A stretch of 24,277 nt of DNA from positions 1-24,277 of IMG/VR virus record IMGVR_UViG_3300049472_000038. One strand, given 5' to 3'. This DNA comes from a virus. Taxonomy: Duplodnaviria; Caudoviricetes. The notes beneath the pieces were generated by a model that had not been told where the DNA came from, did not search any database, and saw nothing but the letters and a program-made list of their open reading frames with translations. Of the stretch, positions 16,172 through 24,277 are shown piece by piece. Both the position numbers and the translations under genes were made by a program. Positions within the stretch are counted from its first letter, which is position 1. Each line of letters starts with the position of its first letter.

Positions 16172-16858
16172 ATGGAAGACGATCAAAACTACGGAGATGA
16201 CGCAGAAAACGTCGCTCAAGGAACACAAAACCAAACAGATCTTAGCGCTGAATTTGCTGCTATGAGAGCTGAATTAGAGGCTATGAAGAGTCAGCAGTAT
16301 GTTCAACAACAAGCTGCACAAGCTCCAGAGCCACAAATTCCGCAACTCACAGCAGAACAAGCTCAAGCTCTAAAGGATAACCCAGCTCTAATGGCGTCCT
16401 GGTTACAAAGCCAAGCAGAGAATGCAAAGCAAGAGATTCGGAAAGAATCCTCAAAGCAAGTTTGGGATAGACGAACAGAAGACAAATTTCCGTTGATTAA
16501 GACTGATAAAGAGTTTCAGAAGCGTGTAACTGCTCAGATGCGTGAAATGACCGCATTTGGTGAGTATAAAAAAGACGATCCGATGCTTCTTTATCGTGCA
16601 ACTCAAATTGCGGCTTCTGAATACGTGCCCAATAGATCCAATGCTAGTAAGAATGCTCAGTCTCAGTCATCTATCGAGTCTCGTCAAACGATGAGTCGTC
16701 AAGATGCTGGCACTAAAACCAAAATTGACGAAAATGATCCACGACTACATTTTGCAAAAGTTCTAGGACTTACAGGCGAGAAGCTTAAGAAGTTCAAAGA
16801 GGGCTTAGGTCCGTATGTAGCTAGTCAAAGACGTCAGGGAAGGAGATTAAGCAAATGA
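16172..16858 (+). CDS. probable capsid scaffolding protein
   Basis: Acidic N-terminus, helical body, C-terminal AKVLGLT helix; position between portal and capsid. Confidence 0.7.
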   Translation: MEDDQNYGDDAENVAQGTQNQTDLSAEFAAMRAELEAMKSQQYVQQQAAQAPEPQIPQLTAEQAQALKDNPALMASWLQSQAENAKQEIRKESSKQVWDRRTEDKFPLIKTDKEFQKRVTAQMREMTAFGEYKKDDPMLLYRATQIAASEYVPNRSNASKNAQSQSSIESRQTMSRQDAGTKTKIDENDPRLHFAKVLGLTGEKLKKFKEGLGPYVASQRRQGRRLSK

Positions 16859-17277
16859 GCACTCAACAAAAAGGATCAATGAAATTTATATCTCATCGTC
16901 CAAAAGATAAGCTCGATCCTGGGTTTCGTATCGTAGGCCACAAGCTTCGATGGATTGCCAGCACTCAGACTGAAGATAAAATGGGTCGTATTTGGCGCGT
17001 TTTACGGAAGGAAGATATGCCTGCTGAGACTCTAAAAGAGATGCAAGCGGCTAATCGAGATATGTTTGGGCGTGATAATACTATCCGAAACCGAGAGTTG
17101 GTTTTGGCTTATGCTACAGAAGATGCTGTAAATTTAGAGCGTCAATCTCTTCAAGAAGCTGCAAAACGCCAATTGAGCATGGTTAACTCTAAATCTGTAC
17201 CTGGGGGTAACAAGCACATCACAGTAGACGAAGCTGAAATGACTAAAGTTTCAGGTAGTGAATTTTTTAACAATTAA
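16855..17277 (+). CDS. hypothetical head-module protein
   Basis: ORF track; ATGA overlap. Confidence 0.7.
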   Translation: MSTQQKGSMKFISHRPKDKLDPGFRIVGHKLRWIASTQTEDKMGRIWRVLRKEDMPAETLKEMQAANRDMFGRDNTIRNRELVLAYATEDAVNLERQSLQEAAKRQLSMVNSKSVPGGNKHITVDEAEMTKVSGSEFFNN

Positions 17278-17312
17278 CACTATTCTACCTATAAATAGGG
17301 GGAGGATTCACA

Positions 17313-17810
17313 ATGGCTAATACAAACGCTCCTGCTGGAGCAATCTTGCTTGATTCTGAAGGCAAGGCATTTCATGGTCGTCGATTTGTAAAAAAATCAG
17401 GTAACGCAATTTATCCTGGAGATTTTGTAATTCAAGACGCAACTGGCACTGTTGACGTAGCTGCTGCTAACGGAGTTATGCTTGGCGTTGCTCTTGAGTA
17501 TGCTGCTGCTGCTTCTACTGCTGAGATCTTGGTTTGCGATGATCCTGCTGCTGTCTATGAGATTCAAGTTGATGGAAACGTTGCTCAAACTGACGTTTTC
17601 GCTAACGCTGATATCGTAGCTACTACTGGAGACACCGCTCTCTTGCGTTCAAAACACGTTCTTCAATCGTCTTCTATTGCGACAACCAACACTCTGCCTT
17701 TGAAAATCCTCGGACTTTCAAAAGTAGGATCTAACGCGTTCGGATCTTATGCAAAAGTTAAAGTAAAAATTAACAAACATGCATACAGCTCTGGCGTTCT
17801 TGGCGTTTAA
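17313..17810 (+). CDS. probable capsid decoration/cement protein
   Basis: MANTNAP start, IYPGDFV, DDPAAVYEIQ; Ala/Gly/Val-rich and immediately upstream of the MCP. Confidence 0.7.
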   Translation: MANTNAPAGAILLDSEGKAFHGRRFVKKSGNAIYPGDFVIQDATGTVDVAAANGVMLGVALEYAAAASTAEILVCDDPAAVYEIQVDGNVAQTDVFANADIVATTGDTALLRSKHVLQSSSIATTNTLPLKILGLSKVGSNAFGSYAKVKVKINKHAYSSGVLGV

Positions 17811-17834
17811 TAGAAAGGTAAAAGGAGATAAAAT

Positions 17835-18761
17835 ATGTCTATTCAATTACGAAATAATTTTCCTGATCTGATCTTGGAAGACGCTCTTCCAGCATTGGAG
17901 TTCTTGGCTGAAGATGAGTTTCAGTCATTTCAACCTCGTCACGAGATGATCTTTAACGTTAAAGAAATGCGTTCTGCTATCGCTCAAAGCTCGCAAGTTA
18001 GCTCCTTGCAACCTGCTGGTACTGTTGGCGAAGCTGAGACGATTCCTTTGCAACGTGTTTACCAAGGCTATGACAAAACGTACACAGCTTTGAAATACGG
18101 CATCATGATGGCTAATAGCCAAGAGTTGATTGACGATATGGAATTTGACGTTATGTCATCTAATCCTCGCAAATTGACTCGTGCTTTCATGAGCACTGCT
18201 GAGATCACTGCTGCTGACATCTTCAACAACGGCTTCTCAAGCACTGGCCCAGATGGCAAAGTCCTCTTTGCTACTGACCATCCTTTGCTTGCTCCTGGCG
18301 CTGGTACAGCTTCAAACAAACTTGCTGCTGATGCAGATCTTTCAATGACCTCTCTCAAAGCAATGGTAACTTTGCTTCGTCAGACTGTTGATACTGCTGG
18401 CAATAAAGTTATGATTCAACCTAAGAGCCTCATCGTGCATCCTGACAATGAGTTCTTGGCTGTTGAGTTGTTGAAATCTGTTCAATTGCCTGATTCAGCT
18501 AACGCGTATGTTAACTCGATCAACTCTGTTGGTTCGCAGTACAAGATTGATCCTATCGTTTGGGATTACCTCACCGACAGCGATGCCTTCTTCCTGTCTG
18601 CTGACAAAATGGACCACATGTTGTGCTTCTACTGGCGCAAACGTCCTGAGCTTTCAACTGACTACGATTTCAAAACTGAAGTTTCGTTGACCAAGCTTGT
18701 TGGCCGTTTTGCTGTTGGTTATAGCGACTGGCGCGGTATTGTTGGAACTCCTGGAGCTTAG
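17835..18761 (+). CDS. major capsid protein (HK97 fold; Mu gpT-like family)
   Basis: GPDGKVLFATDHP, PKSLIVHP, YLTDSDAFF and C-terminal GYSDWRGIVGTPGA; strong RBS. Confidence 0.9.
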   Translation: MSIQLRNNFPDLILEDALPALEFLAEDEFQSFQPRHEMIFNVKEMRSAIAQSSQVSSLQPAGTVGEAETIPLQRVYQGYDKTYTALKYGIMMANSQELIDDMEFDVMSSNPRKLTRAFMSTAEITAADIFNNGFSSTGPDGKVLFATDHPLLAPGAGTASNKLAADADLSMTSLKAMVTLLRQTVDTAGNKVMIQPKSLIVHPDNEFLAVELLKSVQLPDSANAYVNSINSVGSQYKIDPIVWDYLTDSDAFFLSADKMDHMLCFYWRKRPELSTDYDFKTEVSLTKLVGRFAVGYSDWRGIVGTPGA

Positions 18762-18778
18762 TTTCTAGATTGTTCTAT

Positions 18779-18816
18779 TGGGGTGGGCGAGGTGACTTGC
18801 TCATCCCATTTTTTTT
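18779..18816 (+). terminator. rho-independent terminator after the capsid gene
   Basis: 13-bp stem TGGGGTGGGCGAG/CTTGCTCATCCCA, GTGA loop, T8 tail. Confidence 0.85.
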
Positions 18817-18827
18817 GAGGAGTAACG

Positions 18828-20147
18828 ATGAAAAAGAAAATATTACTGACGCTAAGTCTTCTTATAGCGAGCGCAGCATATGCAGCTAGCACTTATACGA
18901 CTTATTACTCTCTTGAGAAACCATCTGATGGCGATTCAAATTGGGGCTCAGCCTATCGCACATCTCTAAACACGATTGACTCTACTTTAAATTCTCTCGC
19001 TACTGATACGGCTAACCATTTAGCTGACACAGTTGGCGCTCATGCTGCAACAGCTATTTCGACAAGTGTTGGCGGCATTGTATGTACATCAGCGATTACA
19101 GTACAAGCTTTTCTTGACTGCTTAGATTTAAGTGTTGGCGCTATCACTGGCGGCACAGTTATGACGCTAGATACCAATCAAACTGTGACTGGTACTAAGA
19201 CGTTTTCATCTATTCCAGTCTTCTCTAATGGATTTACATCTGACGCTGCTCCAACAGTTTCAGTGTTTGGAGCTGGCGTTGTTCACTCAGACGCTAGTGG
19301 ATTACTCTCATCTTCTCTTGTTGCGTCTGCTGATATTACAGATGGCACGATTGTGAATGATGATATTAATGCATCAGCAGCTATTACTAGATCAAAGCTA
19401 GCATCTGGCACTGCTGATCATGTAATAATCAACAATGGCTCAGGCGTCATGTCGTCTGAAGCTCAGCTAGCTAGCACTCGTGGCGGTACTGGAGTTAGCA
19501 ATGCTGGCACTCTTACATACGGCTCAAACAACATAACGCTGACGACAAGTGGCGCGACATCTTTAACTCTTCCCACATCTGGCACTGTTGTTACACTTGA
19601 TGGTATATCGACATTATCTAATAAAACATTCAGTGATAGCCCTGTCATGTTGTCTACAGTTAGCCTAAAGGAAACTGGAGGAGGATCTGACGTTATTCAG
19701 ATTGGCGCTCCTGCTGTTAGCGCGTCATACACTGTGACTATGCCAGCAGCAGCTCCTACAGCAAACACAGCTCTTGCATATGATGGCTCAAATTATGTTT
19801 GGTCATCTGCTGGCGGTTGGACGATGTATTCAAACGAGAATATTTCAGCCAGTGGATCGGTTACAACTAGCACGACTGTTGGACAGCAAGTTAGACGAGT
19901 GACTGGCAATGGTGCAGCAGTAACAGCTAGTACAACTCCTTTTGGCGCTGGAGGCGGTTGGAGCGATGGATTGGTTGTTCGTTTAATTGGGCAATCTAGT
20001 ACAAACACTGTAACGATTGTAAATAACGATGCAGCAAAAGGCGCGATCTTAAATGGCGATATTACATTAGGCCAGTATGATGTTTTAGAACTTCAATATG
20101 ATTCCACAGCAGACAGATGGATCGAAGTTTCAAGGAGTGTTAAATAA
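18828..20147 (+). CDS. tail-fibre-like protein with Sec signal peptide
   Basis: MKKKILLTLSLLIASAAYA; fibre motifs QTVTGTKTF, ITDGTIVNDDI..SAAITRSKLA, RGGTG; S/T/G/A-rich. Confidence 0.75.
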   Translation: MKKKILLTLSLLIASAAYAASTYTTYYSLEKPSDGDSNWGSAYRTSLNTIDSTLNSLATDTANHLADTVGAHAATAISTSVGGIVCTSAITVQAFLDCLDLSVGAITGGTVMTLDTNQTVTGTKTFSSIPVFSNGFTSDAAPTVSVFGAGVVHSDASGLLSSSLVASADITDGTIVNDDINASAAITRSKLASGTADHVIINNGSGVMSSEAQLASTRGGTGVSNAGTLTYGSNNITLTTSGATSLTLPTSGTVVTLDGISTLSNKTFSDSPVMLSTVSLKETGGGSDVIQIGAPAVSASYTVTMPAAAPTANTALAYDGSNYVWSSAGGWTMYSNENISASGSVTTSTTVGQQVRRVTGNGAAVTASTTPFGAGGGWSDGLVVRLIGQSSTNTVTIVNNDAAKGAILNGDITLGQYDVLELQYDSTADRWIEVSRSVK

Positions 20148-22177
20148 TGAAAAAGATTTTAGGACTATTACTTTTTACGACAGCGGCTTTCGCTGGATCT
20201 ATTCAGACAAATACGGATAAACAATTTGTGTTTGCAAGCGCTCCACGTAACTACATTCTAAATTCTGGAGCTGAGAAGAATGAGTTAAACGTAACTGACA
20301 CTGGCGATATGCACTCTAGAACTACTGGCGTTCCTTTAGCAGGGGTTGGCGTTCATACTCTTGATGCTGACAGCAATAGTGATACAGCGGAGTTTTTAGG
20401 CGAGGCTTTTTTAGACACAGGACTTCTTGGGCTTAACTGTGAAGCTAAATTTAAAATGCTTGGCGATGCGTCTTTGTACACTGTAACAGTAAAATTAAAC
20501 GGATCTGCTGTTACCAATGCAATCACGTTGCCAAATACAGGCTCTAATTCAAGAATCTTTTCAGTTAACTTTCCATGCTCAGTATTAGCAAGTCCTTCAA
20601 TCCTTATTTCATCAACCTCTGCATCCGCCGCATCGTTTAAAATGGATGAAGTTTATCTAGGAGAGGCGACAAATTTATCTGAGGTTTCACAAGCTCAGGC
20701 GATTGTGCATGCAACAAAGTCAGGAAACCAAAATATAGCTGTGTCTTCTAGTACGACAGTTACAACTTGGACTGAAACAATAGACACTTACAATGAATTT
20801 AATATAACCACTGGCATATTCACCGCATCATCGCCTAAAAGACTTGTTTTTTCTGGAAGACTCTATGTTGGAAATCAAACTTCTTCAGAAGGTTATTCTA
20901 TTGGAATAAGAAAAAATGGATCTTCATTTATTTGCGATCAATTTAGTGTAACGCCTGCTTCTTTAGTAACAAACACAGGAATGCATCTTTCTCCTTGTAT
21001 TGTTGATGCGATTGCTGGAGATACTTTTGATTTCTACGTAGATTCTGCTGCTGACACTAGTTATGATGTTGTTGGAGGTGTAAATACCCAACTCGAAATC
21101 ATGCAATTCCCCACTCAGACGCAACTAGCAATCAGCCCACAGCTTCAATACTGGAAAGTTGATGCGAATATAAGCGGTGCAAATCCTAGTTTGGGAACTG
21201 CAAACGTGTCTTCATATACTGGTATTGAAAACGGATCTTTAACTCTTACGAATAATTCTGGTACTGGTAATATCACGGCTCAGATTCCATGTTCATCAAC
21301 AAATTCGCCTAGTGGTACAACTTGCTCGGCTGGAAGTGAATCTGTCGGCGTTGCGTTCACTCCAACAGGTACATTTCCGCAAGAAGTTTTAGCATGTGTA
21401 AGTTTCTCTCATGACATGGATTTGGGTGCAACTGGTAGACTCGATACTACTTTCCAGATTGTTGAAACTCCAACCAATGCACAAACGATTTCTCAAGAAG
21501 GTAAAAGTCGTTTAAGTGGTTACACAGATGATTCAACATTTAACGTTAGATACCCATATAGATTGTGTGGAAATTTTACGTTCACAAGCGGCGGCCAAAA
21601 AGCTTTGCGACTTATGTTTGAGCAAGCAGTAGTGGCAACTGTTGCTAGCAACGTTATTGTCGGCGATGCTGGAGCCTCAGTCGGTCAACGTGACATCCAC
21701 TGGGAAGTCTACCCGATCAATCAAGGAGCTCCTACTCCTTTACTTGTTGGGTCTATTGTTTCTGATTCGGTAAACGTTAAAGCAGAAGGTGACACAGGCG
21801 TTACAACAATGACTAGCGGAGTTTATACTCCTACGACTTCAAACTTAGTAAATTTAGATTCTGCTACTGTTTCATCATCATCATGGCATTTTATTCGATT
21901 CGGTAAACAGGTTTCTTTTTCTGGACGATTAGCTCTCGACGCAACTACTGGTGGAGCAACTATAACAAGTTTAGACATCTCTCTTCCAGTAACGGCAGAT
22001 TTTGCTAGCTCTATAAATCTAAGTGGAGCATGTGTTGGAAATATTTCGGCAGGAACAACTAATCCTTCAGGATTCATGAATGCAAATTCAACAACTGATA
22101 AAATGGCCTTACAATTTAATGCTACAGGGACATCAGCCGTCGAATGGCGATGCTCTGGCATGTATACTATTCCATAG
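20147..22177 (+). CDS. beta-rich fibre/adhesin-like protein with Sec signal peptide
   Basis: MKKILGLLLFTTAAFA; C1q-like segment (FNITTGIFTA); C-terminal YTPT...FIRFGKQV...ISLPV fibre-tip-like domain. Confidence 0.7.
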   Translation: MKKILGLLLFTTAAFAGSIQTNTDKQFVFASAPRNYILNSGAEKNELNVTDTGDMHSRTTGVPLAGVGVHTLDADSNSDTAEFLGEAFLDTGLLGLNCEAKFKMLGDASLYTVTVKLNGSAVTNAITLPNTGSNSRIFSVNFPCSVLASPSILISSTSASAASFKMDEVYLGEATNLSEVSQAQAIVHATKSGNQNIAVSSSTTVTTWTETIDTYNEFNITTGIFTASSPKRLVFSGRLYVGNQTSSEGYSIGIRKNGSSFICDQFSVTPASLVTNTGMHLSPCIVDAIAGDTFDFYVDSAADTSYDVVGGVNTQLEIMQFPTQTQLAISPQLQYWKVDANISGANPSLGTANVSSYTGIENGSLTLTNNSGTGNITAQIPCSSTNSPSGTTCSAGSESVGVAFTPTGTFPQEVLACVSFSHDMDLGATGRLDTTFQIVETPTNAQTISQEGKSRLSGYTDDSTFNVRYPYRLCGNFTFTSGGQKALRLMFEQAVVATVASNVIVGDAGASVGQRDIHWEVYPINQGAPTPLLVGSIVSDSVNVKAEGDTGVTTMTSGVYTPTTSNLVNLDSATVSSSSWHFIRFGKQVSFSGRLALDATTGGATITSLDISLPVTADFASSINLSGACVGNISAGTTNPSGFMNANSTTDKMALQFNATGTSAVEWRCSGMYTIP

Positions 22178-22184
22178 GAGATAT

Positions 22185-22232
22185 ATGAAACTCATATTCG
22201 CATTACTTTTATTGTCAGCTTGTGGAGGATAG
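22185..22232 (+). CDS. 15-aa lipoprotein-signal-only ORF (MKLIFALLLLSACGG), in frame with the next gene
   Basis: AGGAG RBS, LSAC lipobox, TAG at 22230-22232 directly followed by GTG 22233. Confidence 0.55.
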   Translation: MKLIFALLLLSACGG

Positions 22233-22973
22233 GTGTACATCTCTAACATCATACAAGACGCTAAGGCTCGCTGGATAAATGATGAGTTCGCTATGAACTT
22301 GTCTCCAAACAAAGTTGGCAATGATAATGCTAACGATGTTTTGTATCTGGCAGTCTTCTTGCGTCTTGTATCTTTGTTAGGAAGATCGACTGACGAATTA
22401 AAATCTCTAGCCAATAAAGCAGCAGACGTTAAACGTATTGATCGTGGAAACTTTGTCAGATTTACGCATGCTAAAAGCGTGACAAATTCTCATGACAACT
22501 ATGATGGGCTTGCTATGTTAGATGAATCTATTGCTGACGAGATACGTTTACGCGGTGATGAGATCGGCTGGGATTTTAATTTAACGTATGACAAAGAGCT
22601 AAACTTTCCGACATTACGCCAACCTGGTACGATTGCGTTTACGCAGCTATGTGCTGAGAAACGTCCACATCTATTAAACTTTGCGCTACTAATTGCAGGA
22701 ATGATTATTGGATCTTTTAAGTTTAAAAGTCACGTGCATCATATTGCATGGGTTAGATCTCACAAATTAAGAACTATCGCGTCAAAATATGCAATGGACC
22801 CAGCATGGCGTCATATCGTGTGGCCATTAGCTGTGACATTCTTGATATTCGACTTAGCTTCATATGTAAAATTCGGCAATCGCCATCAGGCAGTTGTCAA
22901 TTATTACGCTGAAGAAGATCATCCAAATAGAAGATTAGCTTTGGAATTGATAAGAAAAGAGGCTGTAAAATGA
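22233..22973 (+). CDS. hypothetical protein with hydrophobic helices
   Basis: ORF track, GTG start; SHDNYDG motif. Confidence 0.7.
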   Translation: MYISNIIQDAKARWINDEFAMNLSPNKVGNDNANDVLYLAVFLRLVSLLGRSTDELKSLANKAADVKRIDRGNFVRFTHAKSVTNSHDNYDGLAMLDESIADEIRLRGDEIGWDFNLTYDKELNFPTLRQPGTIAFTQLCAEKRPHLLNFALLIAGMIIGSFKFKSHVHHIAWVRSHKLRTIASKYAMDPAWRHIVWPLAVTFLIFDLASYVKFGNRHQAVVNYYAEEDHPNRRLALELIRKEAVK

Positions 22974-23221
22974 GTGAAGCTAAGCCAGTTAAAATAAATG
23001 AGACAACACTGATTCCATTTAGCTTGCTAGGAGCTATTCTAGCAACAGTTGCAGGAGCAGCATGGTGGGCTTCAGCGTTTTATGTAAAGTTTGCTCAAGC
23101 AGAAGTTAGGATTACGTCTCTTGAGACTAATCAGCAAGAAGTTATTAAGCAGTTACAACAGACAAATGAGACGTTAATTGAGATTAAAACTGTCTTAAAG
23201 CAAGAGAGGAAATTGCGATGA
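22970..23221 (+). CDS. small membrane protein (holin-like/TM plus coiled coil)
   Basis: One TM (LIPFSLLGAILATVAGAAWWA) then heptad repeats. Confidence 0.55.
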   Translation: MSEAKPVKINETTLIPFSLLGAILATVAGAAWWASAFYVKFAQAEVRITSLETNQQEVIKQLQQTNETLIEIKTVLKQERKLR

Positions 23222-23529
23222 AGACATTTGGACTTAAGTCATACGATTTGAACATCACTACAACTCCTTCCCAAATTCAGGGGACGAATGGTCAGACTGT
23301 GTTTATTCAAAACTGCATAGTTTTAGCTAGTCCTTTAAACACAGCTAACATCTTTTTAGGCGGTCCAAATGGTCAAACGTTTCCTTTGGCTGCTGGATCT
23401 TCTGTTGATCTTGGAGATTTGTTTTTAGGTTCAATGAGATCTGAGTTTGACATTGGTGCTTGCTGGGTAAAATCAGACAGTGGAACTCAGGTTCTACACA
23501 TCCTCCATCCAGAGGAGCATAATCGCTAA
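23218..23529 (+). CDS. small beta-rich virion-type protein
   Basis: NTANIFLGG...FPLAAGSSVDL pattern; coupled to neighbours. Confidence 0.65.
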   Translation: MKTFGLKSYDLNITTTPSQIQGTNGQTVFIQNCIVLASPLNTANIFLGGPNGQTFPLAAGSSVDLGDLFLGSMRSEFDIGACWVKSDSGTQVLHILHPEEHNR

Positions 23530-24277
23530 TGGCTGGGTTCCAATTTAAACCAAAGCAATTAACACTAGCTGAAGTAACGGCATTATTAGCGGACTACGTT
23601 CCTTATGTTGGGGCTTCCGCAGACCTCAATTTGGGCAATACTCAACGAGTAACAAATTGCCAAGATCCAGCTTCACCTCAAGATGTAGTTACTCTAAATT
23701 ATTTAGACACAGGGTTTGTTCCTTATACAGGAGCAACGGCTGATTTGAACTTAGGCACATTTGGATTAACAGATTCATTAAGCGCACTAAGCGTTGGCCC
23801 TGATATTCGTAAACTTTACGGAACCGATGGGACAACAGTAGAGGTAGATTGGTCAAAGTCCACTTATACTTTTGGAACATTTATAAACACACTCCAAGTC
23901 GATAACATTTTCCCTGCAAACAATTCTTCTGTATCTTTTGGAAGTGGTGGGGACGTAGATGTTTATTTGCGAGATATTTATTTTTCAGGCAGTGGTGGTA
24001 AATTTTACGACGCAAACAATAGCAAAGCATTTGAGGCGAGCACAACACAGCGCCAACTTTTCGATTTTGGCGGTTCATATCCATCTGTTGATTATGGTAA
24101 TTATCAATTATACAACATTGGTATTTCAAACTCAGTCCCATTGCTTGATTGGAGTTTAGCGGCAGGTGGATCGGTCAAGATTTATCAAGGCTACGGAAAT
24201 TATCTTGTAGGAGATTTCACTAACGGGCAATTGTTTGGTACAAGTGATGGGGCTTTACGGATCGACTGGTCCAACCG
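23529..24277 (+). CDS. tail fibre protein (runs off window end)
   Basis: Hand-translated, open to the edge: MAGFQFKPKQ...YVPYVGASADLNLG...DPASPQDVVTLNY...FVPYTGATADLNLG. Confidence 0.8.
   Translation, partial: MAGFQFKPKQLTLAEVTALLADYVPYVGASADLNLGNTQRVTNCQDPASPQDVVTLNYLDTGFVPYTGATADLNLGTFGLTDSLSALSVGPDIRKLYGTDGTTVEVDWSKSTYTFGTFINTLQVDNIFPANNSSVSFGSGGDVDVYLRDIYFSGSGGKFYDANNSKAFEASTTQRQLFDFGGSYPSVDYGNYQLYNIGISNSVPLLDWSLAAGGSVKIYQGYGNYLVGDFTNGQLFGTSDGALRIDWSN

Noticed and set aside
22230-22232. Genome-wide TAG recoding
   Set aside because: TAG ends the capsid gene right before a terminator and ends other genes at expected positions; long genes are not fragmented
17397-22414. Minus-strand ORFs within structural genes (17397, 17925, 18068, 19463, 19793, 21823, 22133)
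   Set aside because: Short shadow ORFs with no recognisable motifs, unlike the antisense HNH
23689-24159. Three short ORF-track calls at the right end
   Set aside because: They overlap the fibre ORF starting at 23529, which the track missed because it has no stop in the window
18828-24277. Diversity-generating retroelement targeting fibre genes
   Set aside because: No reverse transcriptase and no template/variable repeat pair seen in this window

Overview
A ~24 kb slice of a tailed dsDNA phage (Caudoviricetes; podovirus-like head module). The host is possibly a Bdellovibrionota bacterium, inferred weakly from the SLT lytic transglycosylase type. From 1 to ~1800 is a leftward block of small early-type genes joined by a repeated RBS/stop/start junction, followed by an ORF-free palindrome-rich spacer (~1860-2500). 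From 2509 to ~10050 is a mostly leftward accessory block: a free-standing HNH nuclease, a metallophosphoesterase, an oppositely oriented SLT muramidase, two tandem paralog pairs, a GT2 glycosyltransferase, an LpxA-like acyltransferase and a structured non-coding segment. From 10120 to the end is the rightward packaging/structural operon: TerS candidate, TerL, portal, scaffold, decoration protein, major capsid and fibre-like proteins. The standout is a 293-aa intein in the TerL Walker A motif (11165-12043) with no recognisable in-frame endonuclease. It instead carries an intact HNH endonuclease gene on the opposite strand (11232-11915) with its own candidate extended -10 promoter, while the + frame stays open throughout. 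Also notable are two fibre-like proteins with Sec signal peptides and an orphan lipoprotein signal peptide in frame with the next gene. All calls come from motif reading by eye; no database searches were run.
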